A DNA stretch of 53,066 bases from an uncultured Oscillospiraceae bacterium (GCA_934646175.1 CAKUEI010000001.1:1-53066); one strand, 5' to 3'; counted from the stretch's first letter, positions 8,077 to 21,364 are shown. Notes: a model not told the origin generated them from the sequence alone. Made by a program: numbers and translations.

Positions 8077-9129
8077 TTACTTCTTGCCTTTCATTTCCTC
8101 AATGGTATCCGCCCGCTCGTAGGCAGACTGCTTTGCGTAATTCTGGGGCTTCTGTGCTTTGATACCCAGCTGCTCCATCAGCGGCTTGTTGCAGTCGTAC
8201 AGCGCGTCCACCAGCGGTTCAGCAATGGACATGTCGATCATGGCGGGCTGGGCCACCCAGCTGCCGTAAGGGGACAGGGTCCGGATCGTATCGGCGATAG
8301 AGGCATACCGTTCTTCATAGGTAGAGCCCTTCCGGTCCAGAACGTTCAGGTTGTCAAACCCGCCGACAAAGGTGAATTTCCCCGCGTATTGTTTCAGCAG
8401 TGCCTCCGGGTCGTTGGTCAGCTGGACGGGATTCCAGGCATCTACGCCCATCTCTACCAGGTCGCCCACCAGAGGCGCGATGTAGCCGCAGGAGTGATGC
8501 TCGTAGATCATGCCCAGCTCATGGCAGGCGTCCACCACCTTCTGCAGGTTGGGCCGGATGAACTGCCGCCACATATCCACTGAAAGCAGAAGGCTTGCCA
8601 CGGCACCGTAATCGTCGTGGAACTGGATTTTGTCCGGCTTATAATACTGCGCGATCTTCTTCAGATAGGTGATTTTGTGATCCGCAATGGCGGAAAGCAG
8701 ATCAAAGGCATCTTCCGGGTCGGTGATGAAGGCGCACAGTGCGTCCTCCATGCCCATCAGGGCATGCATCCGTTCGAACATGCCGTTTACGATGATGACG
8801 GAGGAAATTTTGTTCTCCCGGTCCCAGTTGGCAGTGTCCTTGGCAGCGGCGGCTTCCCAGTCATAGGCCTCCGCGTCGGGGAAGACAAGACTTTCCCGCC
8901 ATGTGGTGATGTCGGTCAGGCGCTGGAAGGATTCATCCGGCATGGGACCAGGCTGACCCGGTTCCAGCAGCCAGTGAACGCCCCAGCCGTCCGTGGTGAC
9001 ACCCAGGCCGGTGGGGCCTTCTTCCAGTGCGGAGGGAATGCATGTATTCTGGTCGGTCGTCTGCGAAGGGATCCAATAGGGCTTTTCATGGCGATAGGCC
9101 ATCAGGATGTTCTCACGCGGTGTGATCAT
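8077..9129 (-). CDS. Uroporphyrinogen decarboxylase (URO-D) family protein, MtaA/CmuA-like methyltransferase fold
   Basis: 350 aa. Family-like layout (MFERMHALMGMEDALCAFITDPE, IQFHDDYG, EHHSCGYIAPLVGDLVEMGVDAWNP). RBS GAGAGGAG lies upstream of ATG 9129. Confidence 0.65.
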   Translation of the reverse strand: MITPRENILMAYRHEKPYWIPSQTTDQNTCIPSALEEGPTGLGVTTDGWGVHWLLEPGQPGPMPDESFQRLTDITTWRESLVFPDAEAYDWEAAAAKDTANWDRENKISSVIIVNGMFERMHALMGMEDALCAFITDPEDAFDLLSAIADHKITYLKKIAQYYKPDKIQFHDDYGAVASLLLSVDMWRQFIRPNLQKVVDACHELGMIYEHHSCGYIAPLVGDLVEMGVDAWNPVQLTNDPEALLKQYAGKFTFVGGFDNLNVLDRKGSTYEERYASIADTIRTLSPYGSWVAQPAMIDMSIAEPLVDALYDCNKPLMEQLGIKAQKPQNYAKQSAYERADTIEEMKGKK

Positions 9130-9197
9130 AAAACACGACTCCTCTCGGGATGGACTGCGGAAAGTCCACCGTTTTTATATGCTTTTGTTCAAAAAAT

Positions 9198-9226
9198 ATT
9201 ATAACGCAAAATTTTTCGGCGCACAA
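9198..9226 (-). promoter_or_regulatory. Candidate promoter of the URO-D family gene
   Basis: Minus strand reads TTGTGC-17 nt-TATAAT. The leader contains the hairpin TGGACT-ttccgc-AGTCCA. Confidence 0.5.
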
Positions 9227-9296
9227 TTATATAAAATGTCAACTTCTTATTCATAAAAATTTATAAAGGAATGCCGCGCGGCGGCAGGGAGAATGT

Positions 9297-10850
9297 ATGA
9301 GTATTTTAACCGTAGAGCATGTAAGTCACGATTTCGGCGGCCGCCGCATTCTGGAGGACGCCTCTTTCCGCCTCTTGAAGGGGGAGCATGTAGGCCTGAT
9401 CGGCGCGAACGGAGAGGGAAAGACCACTTTTCTGAATATCCTCACCGGCAAGCTGATGCCGGACGCGGGCACCGTCGCCTGGTGCAATCATATCACCGTG
9501 GGCTATCTGGATCAGTTCAGTACACTGGAGGCAGGGAAGACCATCCGGGATATCCTCCGCTCCGCCTTTTCTCATATGTATGATTGGGAACAGGAAATGC
9601 TGGCCCTTTACGATAAAATGGGGGATTGCAGCGGAAAAGAGCTGGAAAAGCTGACGGAAGAAGCGGGCGAGCTGCAGGAAATGCTGGAGCAGGGCGGCTT
9701 TTACATGCTGGACTCCCGAATCGAGGAATACGCCAACGGCCTCGGGCTGGGAGAGATCGGGCTGGATCGGGACGTAACTCAGCTTTCCGGCGGCCAGCGC
9801 GCCAAGGTGCTGCTGTGCAAGCTGCTGCTGGAAAACCCCATGATTTTGATTTTGGACGAGCCCACCAACTTTCTGGACGAAAACCACATTGCATGGCTGA
9901 CCCGCTTTCTGCAGAATTACGAGAACGCATTCATTCTGGTCAGCCATGACGTACCCTTCCTCAATCAGGTGATCAACGTGGTCTATCACGTGGAAAATGG
10001 CATCCTGACTCGCTATACTGGGAACTACGACCAGTACATGGAGCTTTACGAGCTGAAAAAGCGCCAGTTGGAGCAGGCTTACGAAAAGCAGCAGAAGGAG
10101 ATCGCCCAGCTGGAGGATTTCGTGGCCCGAAACAAGGCCCGCGCCGCCACCGCCAATATGGCCCGCAGCCGGCAGAAACGACTGGACGGCATGGAGCGTA
10201 TCGAGCTTTCCAAAGAAAAGCCAAAGCCCAGCTTTGCCTTCCAGTCCGCCCGCACTCCCGGCCGCGAGGTCATTGCCGCCCGGGATCTGGTGATCGGTTA
10301 TGGCGACCCGCTGACCCGGCCGCTGAATTTTGTAGTGGAGCGGAATCAGAAGATCGCTATCAAGGGCGTCAACGGTCTGGGAAAATCCACCTTGCTGAAG
10401 ACCCTGTTGGGCCTCATCCCGCCGGTGAGCGGAGAGGTGGAGCACGATCAGTTTGTAGAGGTCGGCTATTTCGAGCAGGAGGAGGAGAAATCCGCCCGCA
10501 CGGCGCTGGAAGAGATCTGGGCGGAGTACCCCGGCATGACCAACGGCGAGGTGCGTGCAGCACTGGCCAAATGCGGCCTGACGGCTGAGCATATCACCAG
10601 TCAGATGAAGGTGCTTTCCGGCGGCGAAAATGCCAAGGTGCGGCTCTGCAAGCTGATGCTGCGCCCGGTGAACCTTCTGGTGCTGGACGAGCCCACCAAC
10701 CATCTGGATGTGGAGGCGAAGGATGAGCTGAGGCAGGCGATGGCCGCATTCAAGGGCACCGTGCTGCTGGTGAGCCATGAACCGGAATTCTACGAAGGGG
10801 TTGTCAACCAGGTCTGGAATGTGGAAGACTGGACGACTAAAATCGTATGA
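9297..10850 (+). CDS. ABC-F family ATPase (two ABC domains, no transmembrane domain)
   Basis: 517 aa. Two Walker A motifs (GANGEGKTT, GVNGLGKST), two signature motifs (LSGGQRAK, LSGGENAK), and a coiled Lys/Arg/Gln-rich interdomain linker. Confidence 0.9.
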   Translation: MSILTVEHVSHDFGGRRILEDASFRLLKGEHVGLIGANGEGKTTFLNILTGKLMPDAGTVAWCNHITVGYLDQFSTLEAGKTIRDILRSAFSHMYDWEQEMLALYDKMGDCSGKELEKLTEEAGELQEMLEQGGFYMLDSRIEEYANGLGLGEIGLDRDVTQLSGGQRAKVLLCKLLLENPMILILDEPTNFLDENHIAWLTRFLQNYENAFILVSHDVPFLNQVINVVYHVENGILTRYTGNYDQYMELYELKKRQLEQAYEKQQKEIAQLEDFVARNKARAATANMARSRQKRLDGMERIELSKEKPKPSFAFQSARTPGREVIAARDLVIGYGDPLTRPLNFVVERNQKIAIKGVNGLGKSTLLKTLLGLIPPVSGEVEHDQFVEVGYFEQEEEKSARTALEEIWAEYPGMTNGEVRAALAKCGLTAEHITSQMKVLSGGENAKVRLCKLMLRPVNLLVLDEPTNHLDVEAKDELRQAMAAFKGTVLLVSHEPEFYEGVVNQVWNVEDWTTKIV

Positions 10851-10959
10851 TCAAAAGAGAAGAAGGCACGTTTTCGTGGAAAAATGCCTAAAGGGACCGA
10901 CGGTAGAACGAATCGGTTTGACCACTGCGGCGAAAAGCGGGAAAACACCGGCGCAAACC

Positions 10960-10988
10960 TTGACAGAATGTTGTGCGGCCGATATACT
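10960..10988 (+). promoter_or_regulatory. Near-consensus sigma-70 promoter of glnA
   Basis: TTGACA (10960-10965), 17-nt spacer, TATACT (10983-10988). Confidence 0.75.
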
Positions 10989-10996
10989 GAAAACGT

Positions 10997-11047
10997 GAAC
11001 AAAGGCGTTCCGACCTGACGGCGGGGCGCCTCTCTTTATAAATTTCC
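10997..11047 (+). promoter_or_regulatory. glnA leader: hexaloop hairpins overlapping a leader terminator (candidate ANTAR-type antiterminator)
   Basis: P1 is GAAC-AAAGGC-GTTC (10997-11010) and P2 is CG-ACCTGA-CG (11011-11020; 3 bp CCG/CGG only if it borrows P1's last C at 11010). The competing terminator stem pairs 11003-11012 with 11022-11031 (10 bp including 2 G:U) and is followed by ctctttataaattt. Confidence 0.5.
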
Positions 11048-11099
11048 AAAAAATGTAAATGTTCAACATGAAAAAGAAGGGGAAAGGTGACCGACGATC

Positions 11100-12428
11100 A
11101 TGGGTTACACGAAAGAAGACATTATTCGCATCGTGAAGGAGGAAAACATTCAGTTCATCCGCCTTCAGTTCACCGACATCTTTGGCCAGCTGAAAAACGT
11201 GGCTATCACGGCCTCTCAGATCGAAAAGGCGGTCAACAATCAGATGATGTTCGACGGCTCCTCCGTGGAAGGATTCGTCCGCATCGACGAATCGGATCAG
11301 TGCTTGTACCCGGATCTGGATTCTTTTGTGGTGTATCCCTGGCATGGCCGCCACAAGACGGCCCGGCTGATCTGCGATGTCTATAACACCGACGGGACAC
11401 CCTTCGTGGGCGACCCCCGCTATGTGCTCAAGCGGGTGTTGAAAAAGGCAGAGGACATGGGCTATACGGACTTCAACGTGGGCCCCGAGTGCGAGTTCTT
11501 CCTGTTCCAGACGGACGAGGAGGGCAAGCCGACCACCAAGACAAACGACGAGGCGAGCTACTTTGACCTGGGCCCTCTGGACCACGGCGAGCACACCCGC
11601 CGCACCATCTGCATCGCGCTGGAGCAGATGGGCTTTGAGATCGAAGCGTCCCACCACGAGAACGCCGCCGGTCAGCATGAGATCGACTTCAAATACGCCG
11701 ATGCGCTGCGTGCCGCGGACAATATCATGACCTTTAAGCTGGCGGTCAAGCTGCTGGCCCAGCAGGCGGGTCTGCACGCCACCTTTATGCCAAAGCCTAT
11801 CTTCGGCGTCTGCGGATCTGGCATGCATACCAATATGTCCCTCTTCCGCGACGGGAAAAATGTGTTCGATGATCCCAGTGGCACGAAGGGCCTTTCCAAA
11901 GAGGCCTACAGCTTCATCGCCGGAATTCTGGCCCACGTAAAGGGCATGGCCGCCATCACCAATCCGCTGGTCAACTCCTATAAGCGTCTGGTGCCCGGCT
12001 ATGAGGCGCCCTGCTATATCGCATGGTCCGCGTCCAACCGCTCCGCGCTGGTGCGCATCCCCGCCTCCCGCGGGAAGTCCGCCCGCGCCGAGCTGCGTTC
12101 CCCCGACCCGTCCTGCAACCCCTATCTGGCGCTGGCGGTCTGCCTGGCCGCCGGTCTGGACGGCATCGAGAAGGGCATGACGCCGCCCCCCGAGATCACC
12201 GAGAACATTTACGCCATGGACGAGGCGGCCCGCGCCGCCCACGGCATCGAAAGCCTGCCCGGGTCCCTGGAGGAGGCCATCCGCGCTCTGGAGCAAGACC
12301 AGTTGGTTCTGGATACCCTTGGTTCCCACGTGGCGGCCAACTATATCGAAGGCAAGAAGAAGGAATGGGATGAGTACCGCACCCGCGTTTCCTCTTGGGA
12401 GCGCGAGAAATACATGATCAATTACTGA
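11100..12428 (+). CDS. glnA: Glutamine synthetase, type I
   Basis: 442 aa. N-terminus [34 protein letters not shown], plus the [23 protein letters not shown] and [17 protein letters not shown] blocks. RBS is aaggggaaagg. Confidence 0.97.
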   Translation: MGYTKEDIIRIVKEENIQFIRLQFTDIFGQLKNVAITASQIEKAVNNQMMFDGSSVEGFVRIDESDQCLYPDLDSFVVYPWHGRHKTARLICDVYNTDGTPFVGDPRYVLKRVLKKAEDMGYTDFNVGPECEFFLFQTDEEGKPTTKTNDEASYFDLGPLDHGEHTRRTICIALEQMGFEIEASHHENAAGQHEIDFKYADALRAADNIMTFKLAVKLLAQQAGLHATFMPKPIFGVCGSGMHTNMSLFRDGKNVFDDPSGTKGLSKEAYSFIAGILAHVKGMAAITNPLVNSYKRLVPGYEAPCYIAWSASNRSALVRIPASRGKSARAELRSPDPSCNPYLALAVCLAAGLDGIEKGMTPPPEITENIYAMDEAARAAHGIESLPGSLEEAIRALEQDQLVLDTLGSHVAANYIEGKKKEWDEYRTRVSSWEREKYMINY

Positions 12429-12472
12429 TCGTTCGCAGGACCCCATAAAAACCGGAAAGGGGGCGAAACAGT

Positions 12473-13015
12473 ATGGATACCATTGTCCTTGCGTTCAGCA
12501 ACGGGAAAAATGCGGATCACATTGCCGAGCTGCTGGAAAGCACGGCCACGGCGCACAGCATCGTGTGCCGCTCCTGCGCCGAGGTGAAGCGCTTGATCGC
12601 GCAGCAGCATCTGAATCTCGTGATCTGTGGCTACAAAATGGCGGACGGAACGGCGGAAGAGCTGTATGCCGATCTGCCGAAAGGCTGCTCCATGCTGATG
12701 ATCGCATCTCAGGTCCGGCTGGACATGTGCGAAGAGGAAGACATCTTAAAGGTCGCTGCCCCCGTCAGCCGCAGCGACCTGATCGCATCGGTCCGCATCC
12801 TGCTTCAGCTGCAGCACCGGCTGAAAAAAACGGTGCGGCCCCAGCGAAGCCCCGAGGAGCAGGCACTCATCCGTCGGGCCAAGGAGGTGCTGATGGCCGC
12901 CAACCAGATGGAGGAGGAGGAAGCGCACCGATTCCTTCAGCGGCGCAGCATGGAAAGCGGCATGAAGCTGACGGACGTGGCCCGATTGGTTCTGGAGGAG
13001 CACCCATTGGAATAA
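12473..13015 (+). CDS. ANTAR-domain RNA-binding antiterminator with a degenerate (pseudo-)receiver domain
   Basis: 180 aa. C-terminal ANTAR-like helices (EEQALIRRAKEVLMAANQMEEEEAHRFLQRRSMESGMKLTDVARLVLE). The N-terminal receiver-like fold lacks the acidic pair (VLAFSNG) and the phospho-acceptor Asp (LVICGYKMADG). Confidence 0.85.
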   Translation: MDTIVLAFSNGKNADHIAELLESTATAHSIVCRSCAEVKRLIAQQHLNLVICGYKMADGTAEELYADLPKGCSMLMIASQVRLDMCEEEDILKVAAPVSRSDLIASVRILLQLQHRLKKTVRPQRSPEEQALIRRAKEVLMAANQMEEEEAHRFLQRRSMESGMKLTDVARLVLEEHPLE

Positions 13016-13046
13016 CCGGCCACCCCCTTGCGTAGGAATAACCGGA

Positions 13047-13084
13047 AAGGCGGCGGCAGAACATGCCGCCGCCTTGTGTTATTT
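13047..13084 (+). terminator. Rho-independent terminator between the ANTAR gene and dapF
   Basis: 12-bp stem aaggcggcggca / tgccgccgcctt, loop gaaca, then gtgttattt. It ends directly at the dapF RBS. Confidence 0.8.
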
Positions 13085-13100
13085 CGGAGGAGGCGGAGAA

Positions 13101-13922
13101 ATGCACCTTACCAAAATGCACGGGCTGGGGAATTCCTATCTGTTTCTCAACTGCCTGCGCGAAGGCGAGTGGGACTATCCGGGTTTGGCCCGCCGGTGGT
13201 CGGACAGACATTTCGGGATCGGGAGCGACGGACTTATTTGCGTGCTGCCCTCCCGGACAGCGGATTTTCAAATGCGTATCTTTAACGCCGACGGTTCCGA
13301 AGGGGAGATGTGCGGCAACGGGATCCGATGTTTCGGGAAATACCTCTGGGATCACGGCCTCACAGAACGGGAAAGCTTGAAGATCGAGACCAGGGCGGGC
13401 ATCCGGACGGTATGCCTTCAGCGGGAAAACGGTCGGGTGAACGGTGCCTGCGTTCAAATGGGAACGCCAAAGGTGGGCGCGCCCATGACCCTTTCCGCCG
13501 GAGGGGAGAATCTTTGCGTTACCCCCGTTTCCGTGGGGAACCCTCACGCCGTTCTTTTTTGTGCCGCACCGGAGCAGGCGGCGGTGAAAACCCTCGGCCC
13601 CCTGCTGGAGCGTCATTCGGCTTTTCCACATGGGACCAATGTGGAGTTCGTTTCGGTAAAAGACCGGACGCACCTTACCATGCGGGTATGGGAGCGGGGC
13701 AGCGGAGAGACTATGGCCTGCGGGACCGGGGCCTGCGCCGCATTTGCCGCGGCGTTCGCCGCCGGACAGTGCGAAGAGGAGACGGAGGTCGCCATGCCGG
13801 GCGGCGCGCTGCAGCTGCGGCGCGAGGGGGGAACCGGGACCCTTTGGATGACCGGCCCCACCGAGACAATCGCCGAATGTGATGTGGAAGAAGGGGGAGG
13901 TGTGGCGCATGACGAGGATTGA
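13101..13922 (+). CDS. dapF: Diaminopimelate epimerase
   Basis: Start at ATG 13101 (MHLTKMHGLGNSYLF) after GGAGGAGG. Motifs include MCGNGIRC and ACGTGACA. The ORF-track TTG at 13074 lies inside the terminator. Confidence 0.93.
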   Translation: MHLTKMHGLGNSYLFLNCLREGEWDYPGLARRWSDRHFGIGSDGLICVLPSRTADFQMRIFNADGSEGEMCGNGIRCFGKYLWDHGLTERESLKIETRAGIRTVCLQRENGRVNGACVQMGTPKVGAPMTLSAGGENLCVTPVSVGNPHAVLFCAAPEQAAVKTLGPLLERHSAFPHGTNVEFVSVKDRTHLTMRVWERGSGETMACGTGACAAFAAAFAAGQCEEETEVAMPGGALQLRREGGTGTLWMTGPTETIAECDVEEGGGVAHDED

Positions 13923-15138
13923 CCCCAACTACCGGAAGCTGCCTGGGAATTATCTCTTTTCCGAAGTGGAGCGCCGGGTGACGGCTTATTCTGAGGCACA
14001 CCCGCAGGCGGAGCTCATCCGTCTGGGGATCGGCGATGTGACGCGCCCCCTGATCCCCGCCGTAGCGGAAGCCATGGAGAAGGCCGTGAAGGAAATGGGC
14101 AGAGCCGAAACCTTCCGCGGCTATGGGCCGGAGCAGGGATACGCGTTCCTGCGTGAGGCCATTGCGGAGGGAGATTACAGGACGCGGGGCGTGGACCTTT
14201 CCCCGGATGAGATCTTTCTTTCGGACGGGGCAAAAAGCGACTGCGGCAATGTGGGCGACCTCTTCGACCGGACCTGTACGGCGGCGGTGTGCGACCCGGT
14301 GTACCCCGCCTATGTGGAAACCAATGTGATGGCGGGCCGGGCGGGGGAGTACGACCCCCAAACGGGAAGATGGTCAAAGCTCTGCTACCTGACCTGCCTG
14401 GAGAAAAACGGATTCCTCCCGGACCTTCCAGAAGAGGGAGCGGCAGACCTCATTTACCTCTGCTTTCCCAACAATCCTACCGGTGCTTCGGCGGACCGCG
14501 CGGAGCTTAGTCGGTGGGTGGACTACGCGAACCGGAACGGTTCCGTGATCTTCTTTGACTCCGCCTATGAGGCGTTTATCACCCGGCCGGACATCCCTCA
14601 CAGCATTTTTGAGATCGAAGGGGCGAAGACCTGTGCCGTGGAATTCCGCAGCTTTTCCAAAACGGCGGGGTTTACCGGTGTACGCTGCGCTTACGCGGTG
14701 GTGCCGAAAGCGCTTATCCGCGGAGGAGTTTCCCTGAACCGGTTGTGGAACCGCCGTCAGGCGGCCCGCTTTAACGGCGTTTCCTACATCACCCAGCGGG
14801 GTGCGGAGGCCGTCTATACGCCGGAGGGCAGGGCACAGCTGGAGGAGAATCTTGCCTTTTACCGGAAGAATGCGGAGACGCTTCTGACGGGGCTGCGCAG
14901 GGCGGGCCTTTCGGCGTCAGGGGGCGTGGATTCTCCCTATGTCTGGGTCAAAACGCCGGGCGGCAAAGCCTCCTGGGAATTTTTCGACACGCTGCTGAAC
15001 CGCGCCCATGTGGTAGTTACACCGGGGGTTGGGTTCGGGCAAAGCGGCGAGGGATATATCCGGCTGACCGCTTTTAGCAGTGCGGAGGCCACAAAGGAAG
15101 CAGTGGAGCGGATCGGCACACTGTTTTCCGGAACATAG
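13909..15138 (+). CDS. dapL: LL-diaminopimelate aminotransferase
   Basis: Start at ATG 13909 (MTRIDPNYRKLPGNYLFSEVERRV...LGIGDVTRPL) with GGGGGAGG 8 nt upstream. It overlaps the dapF stop. SFSKTAGFTG holds the PLP lysine. Confidence 0.9.
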   Translation: MTRIDPNYRKLPGNYLFSEVERRVTAYSEAHPQAELIRLGIGDVTRPLIPAVAEAMEKAVKEMGRAETFRGYGPEQGYAFLREAIAEGDYRTRGVDLSPDEIFLSDGAKSDCGNVGDLFDRTCTAAVCDPVYPAYVETNVMAGRAGEYDPQTGRWSKLCYLTCLEKNGFLPDLPEEGAADLIYLCFPNNPTGASADRAELSRWVDYANRNGSVIFFDSAYEAFITRPDIPHSIFEIEGAKTCAVEFRSFSKTAGFTGVRCAYAVVPKALIRGGVSLNRLWNRRQAARFNGVSYITQRGAEAVYTPEGRAQLEENLAFYRKNAETLLTGLRRAGLSASGGVDSPYVWVKTPGGKASWEFFDTLLNRAHVVVTPGVGFGQSGEGYIRLTAFSSAEATKEAVERIGTLFSGT

Positions 15139-15147
15139 CGATCATAT

Positions 15148-15218
15148 GGTGTCCAAAGGCGGGCACAGAACCGGCGTGAATGGTCACGCCGGTTCTGCTG
15201 CGGCCTTTGGACACTTTT
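15148..15218 (+). promoter_or_regulatory. Two-tier terminator with an embedded dual hexaloop hairpin (candidate ANTAR target) immediately upstream of gltB
   Basis: The basal stem pairs 15149-15160 with 15203-15214 (12 bp) and is followed by TTTT at 15215-15218. The upper stem pairs 15166-15178 with 15185-15197 (13 bp) around loop AATGGT. The alternative P1 is GTGTCC-AAAGGC-GGGCAC (15149-15166). Confidence 0.6.
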
Positions 15219-15222
15219 CATT

Positions 15223-19776
<4,554 letters not shown>

Positions 19777-19789
19777 GGGGGGCATTGAA

Positions 19790-21271
19790 ATGGGAAAGCC
19801 GACTGGATTTTTGGAATATGACCGGAAGGGGAACCCTTCCGAAACGCCGCTGGAGCGCATTCAGCATTGGAACGAATTCCACCCCCGTCTGCCGGAGAAA
19901 GAGCGGCGCACACAGGGTGCCCGCTGCATGGACTGCGGTGTGCCCTTCTGCCAGTCCGGCGTGCAGCTCAATGGCATGTTCACGGGCTGTCCGCTGCACA
20001 ATCTGGTGCCGGAGTGGAACGACCTGATCTACACCGGGAATTTTGCCCATGCATATCAGAGACTGAACAAGACCAACAATTTCCCAGAGTTTACCGGTCG
20101 GGTCTGCCCGGCCCTCTGTGAGGCAGCCTGCACCTGCGGCCTCCACGGGGACCCGGTCACCGTCAAGGAAAACGAACTTGGCACCGTTGAGTACGCCTGG
20201 GAGCATGCGCTGATAAAGCCGCGCATTCCCGCCGTGCGCTCAGGAAAGCACGTGGCGGTGATCGGCTCCGGTCCCTCTGGCCTTGCCTGCGCCGATCAGC
20301 TTAATCACCGGGGACATTCCGTCACGGTGTTCGAGCGGGAGGACCGTCCCGGCGGCCTTCTGATGTACGGCATCCCCAACATGAAGCTGGAAAAGCAGAT
20401 CGTACTGCGCCGGGTGGCGCTGATGGAGCAGGAAGGGGTCACCTTCCGCACCGGCGTCGACGTGGGGCGGGATGTGGCCGCCAAAGAGCTGCGGGAGCAG
20501 TTTGATGCCGTGATCCTCTGCTGTGGGGCGAAGAACCCCCGGGACCTGAACGTGCCGGGACGGGAACTTAGCGGCGTCCACTTCGCCGTGGACTTTCTTG
20601 CCTCCACCACCAAAAGCCTGCTGGATACCGGCCTTCGGGAGGGAAGCTATCTCTCTGCGAAGGACAAGCATGTGGTCATCGTGGGCGGCGGCGACACGGG
20701 CAACGACTGCGTAGGCACCTCCATCCGCCACGGGTGCAGGTCAGTGGTGCAGCTGGAGATGATGCCCAAGGCGCCGGACAGCCGCACGGCGCAGAACCCC
20801 TGGCCGGAGTGGCCCCGGGTGTGCAAGACCGATTATGGCCAGGAGGAGGCCATCGCGGTCTTCGGTCACGATCCCCGCATTTACCAGACCACGGTCAAGG
20901 AAATTCGGGCCGATGAAAAGGGCAATGTCCGGGCGCTGAAAACGGTGAAGCTGACGCCGAAAAAGGCGGATGGCCGCACGGTGATGTCCGAGGTGGAGGG
21001 CAGCGAGGAAGAGCTGCCCTGCGAGCTGCTGCTCATCGCGGCGGGCTTTTTGGGCTGCCAGAGCTATGTGGCGGAGGACTTCGGCGTGGAACTTACCCCC
21101 CGCACCAACGTAAAGACCTCGCCAGAGGGATATGCTACCTCCGTTCCCGGCGTATTTGTCGCCGGGGATATGCGCCGGGGGCAGTCCCTGGTGGTCTGGG
21201 GCATCGCGGAGGGAAGAGGCGCGGCCCGCGCCGTGGATGAATTCCTGATGGGCTATACAAACATGGAATGA
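19790..21271 (+). CDS. gltD: Glutamate synthase small subunit (NADPH-dependent oxidoreductase)
   Basis: 493 aa. Cys clusters [10 protein letters not shown] and CPALCEAAC. Dinucleotide folds [14 protein letters not shown] and [13 protein letters not shown]. Confidence 0.95.
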   Translation: MGKPTGFLEYDRKGNPSETPLERIQHWNEFHPRLPEKERRTQGARCMDCGVPFCQSGVQLNGMFTGCPLHNLVPEWNDLIYTGNFAHAYQRLNKTNNFPEFTGRVCPALCEAACTCGLHGDPVTVKENELGTVEYAWEHALIKPRIPAVRSGKHVAVIGSGPSGLACADQLNHRGHSVTVFEREDRPGGLLMYGIPNMKLEKQIVLRRVALMEQEGVTFRTGVDVGRDVAAKELREQFDAVILCCGAKNPRDLNVPGRELSGVHFAVDFLASTTKSLLDTGLREGSYLSAKDKHVVIVGGGDTGNDCVGTSIRHGCRSVVQLEMMPKAPDSRTAQNPWPEWPRVCKTDYGQEEAIAVFGHDPRIYQTTVKEIRADEKGNVRALKTVKLTPKKADGRTVMSEVEGSEEELPCELLLIAAGFLGCQSYVAEDFGVELTPRTNVKTSPEGYATSVPGVFVAGDMRRGQSLVVWGIAEGRGAARAVDEFLMGYTNME

Positions 21272-21281
21272 GGAAACGGAC

Positions 21282-21316
21282 AAAGGACGGCCGCATCGCG
21301 GCCGTCCTTTTGTGCT
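21282..21316 (+). terminator. Rho-independent terminator of gltBD
   Basis: aaaggacggccgc / gcggccgtccttt gives a 13-bp stem, followed by tgtgctt. Confidence 0.85.
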
Positions 21317-21335
21317 TATCTGCGAGAATTTTTCG

Positions 21336-21364
21336 TTGATTTCATGCCGTACAGCATATATAAT
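21336..21364 (+). promoter_or_regulatory. Candidate sigma-70 promoter of glmS
   Basis: TTGATT (21336-21341), 17-nt spacer, TATAAT (21359-21364). A second TATAAT lies at 21370-21375. Confidence 0.65.

Noticed and set aside
9306-10778. 490-aa minus-strand ORF antisense to the ABC-F gene
   Set aside because: Shadow ORF; the plus strand encodes two canonical ABC domains.
9297-10850. ABC-F protein as an antibiotic-resistance (ARE) ribosomal protection factor
   Set aside because: The interdomain linker is about 60 aa, like housekeeping ABC-F proteins rather than the extended linkers of Lsa/Vga/Msr-type ARE proteins. There is no leader-peptide attenuator upstream. This cannot be decided without phylogeny.
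11053-11069. Palindromic ATGTAAATGTTCAACAT between the glnA leader terminator and the RBS, considered as a TnrA/GlnR box (TGTNAN7TNACA)
   Set aside because: The arms are ATGT/ACAT with the wrong spacing. It cannot be aligned to TGTNA-N7-TNACA without mismatches in conserved positions, and it lies downstream of the promoter and terminator.
10851-12446. 531-aa minus-strand ORF antisense to glnA. I also considered an antisense-RNA regulator like the one reported for clostridial glnA.
   Set aside because: The protein translation is shadow-like. For an antisense RNA, I found no promoter on the minus strand in the 44-nt glnA-ANTAR spacer. The only complementarity between that spacer and the glnA RBS region is a 7-nt match (TGATCGT/ACGATCA), which is at chance level.
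13009-13045. 11-nt direct repeat GGAATAACCGG x2, considered as the target duplication of a mobile element
   Set aside because: Only 15 nt separate the two copies, so no element fits between them. It is kept only as a possible regulatory repeat within the supra-operon finding.
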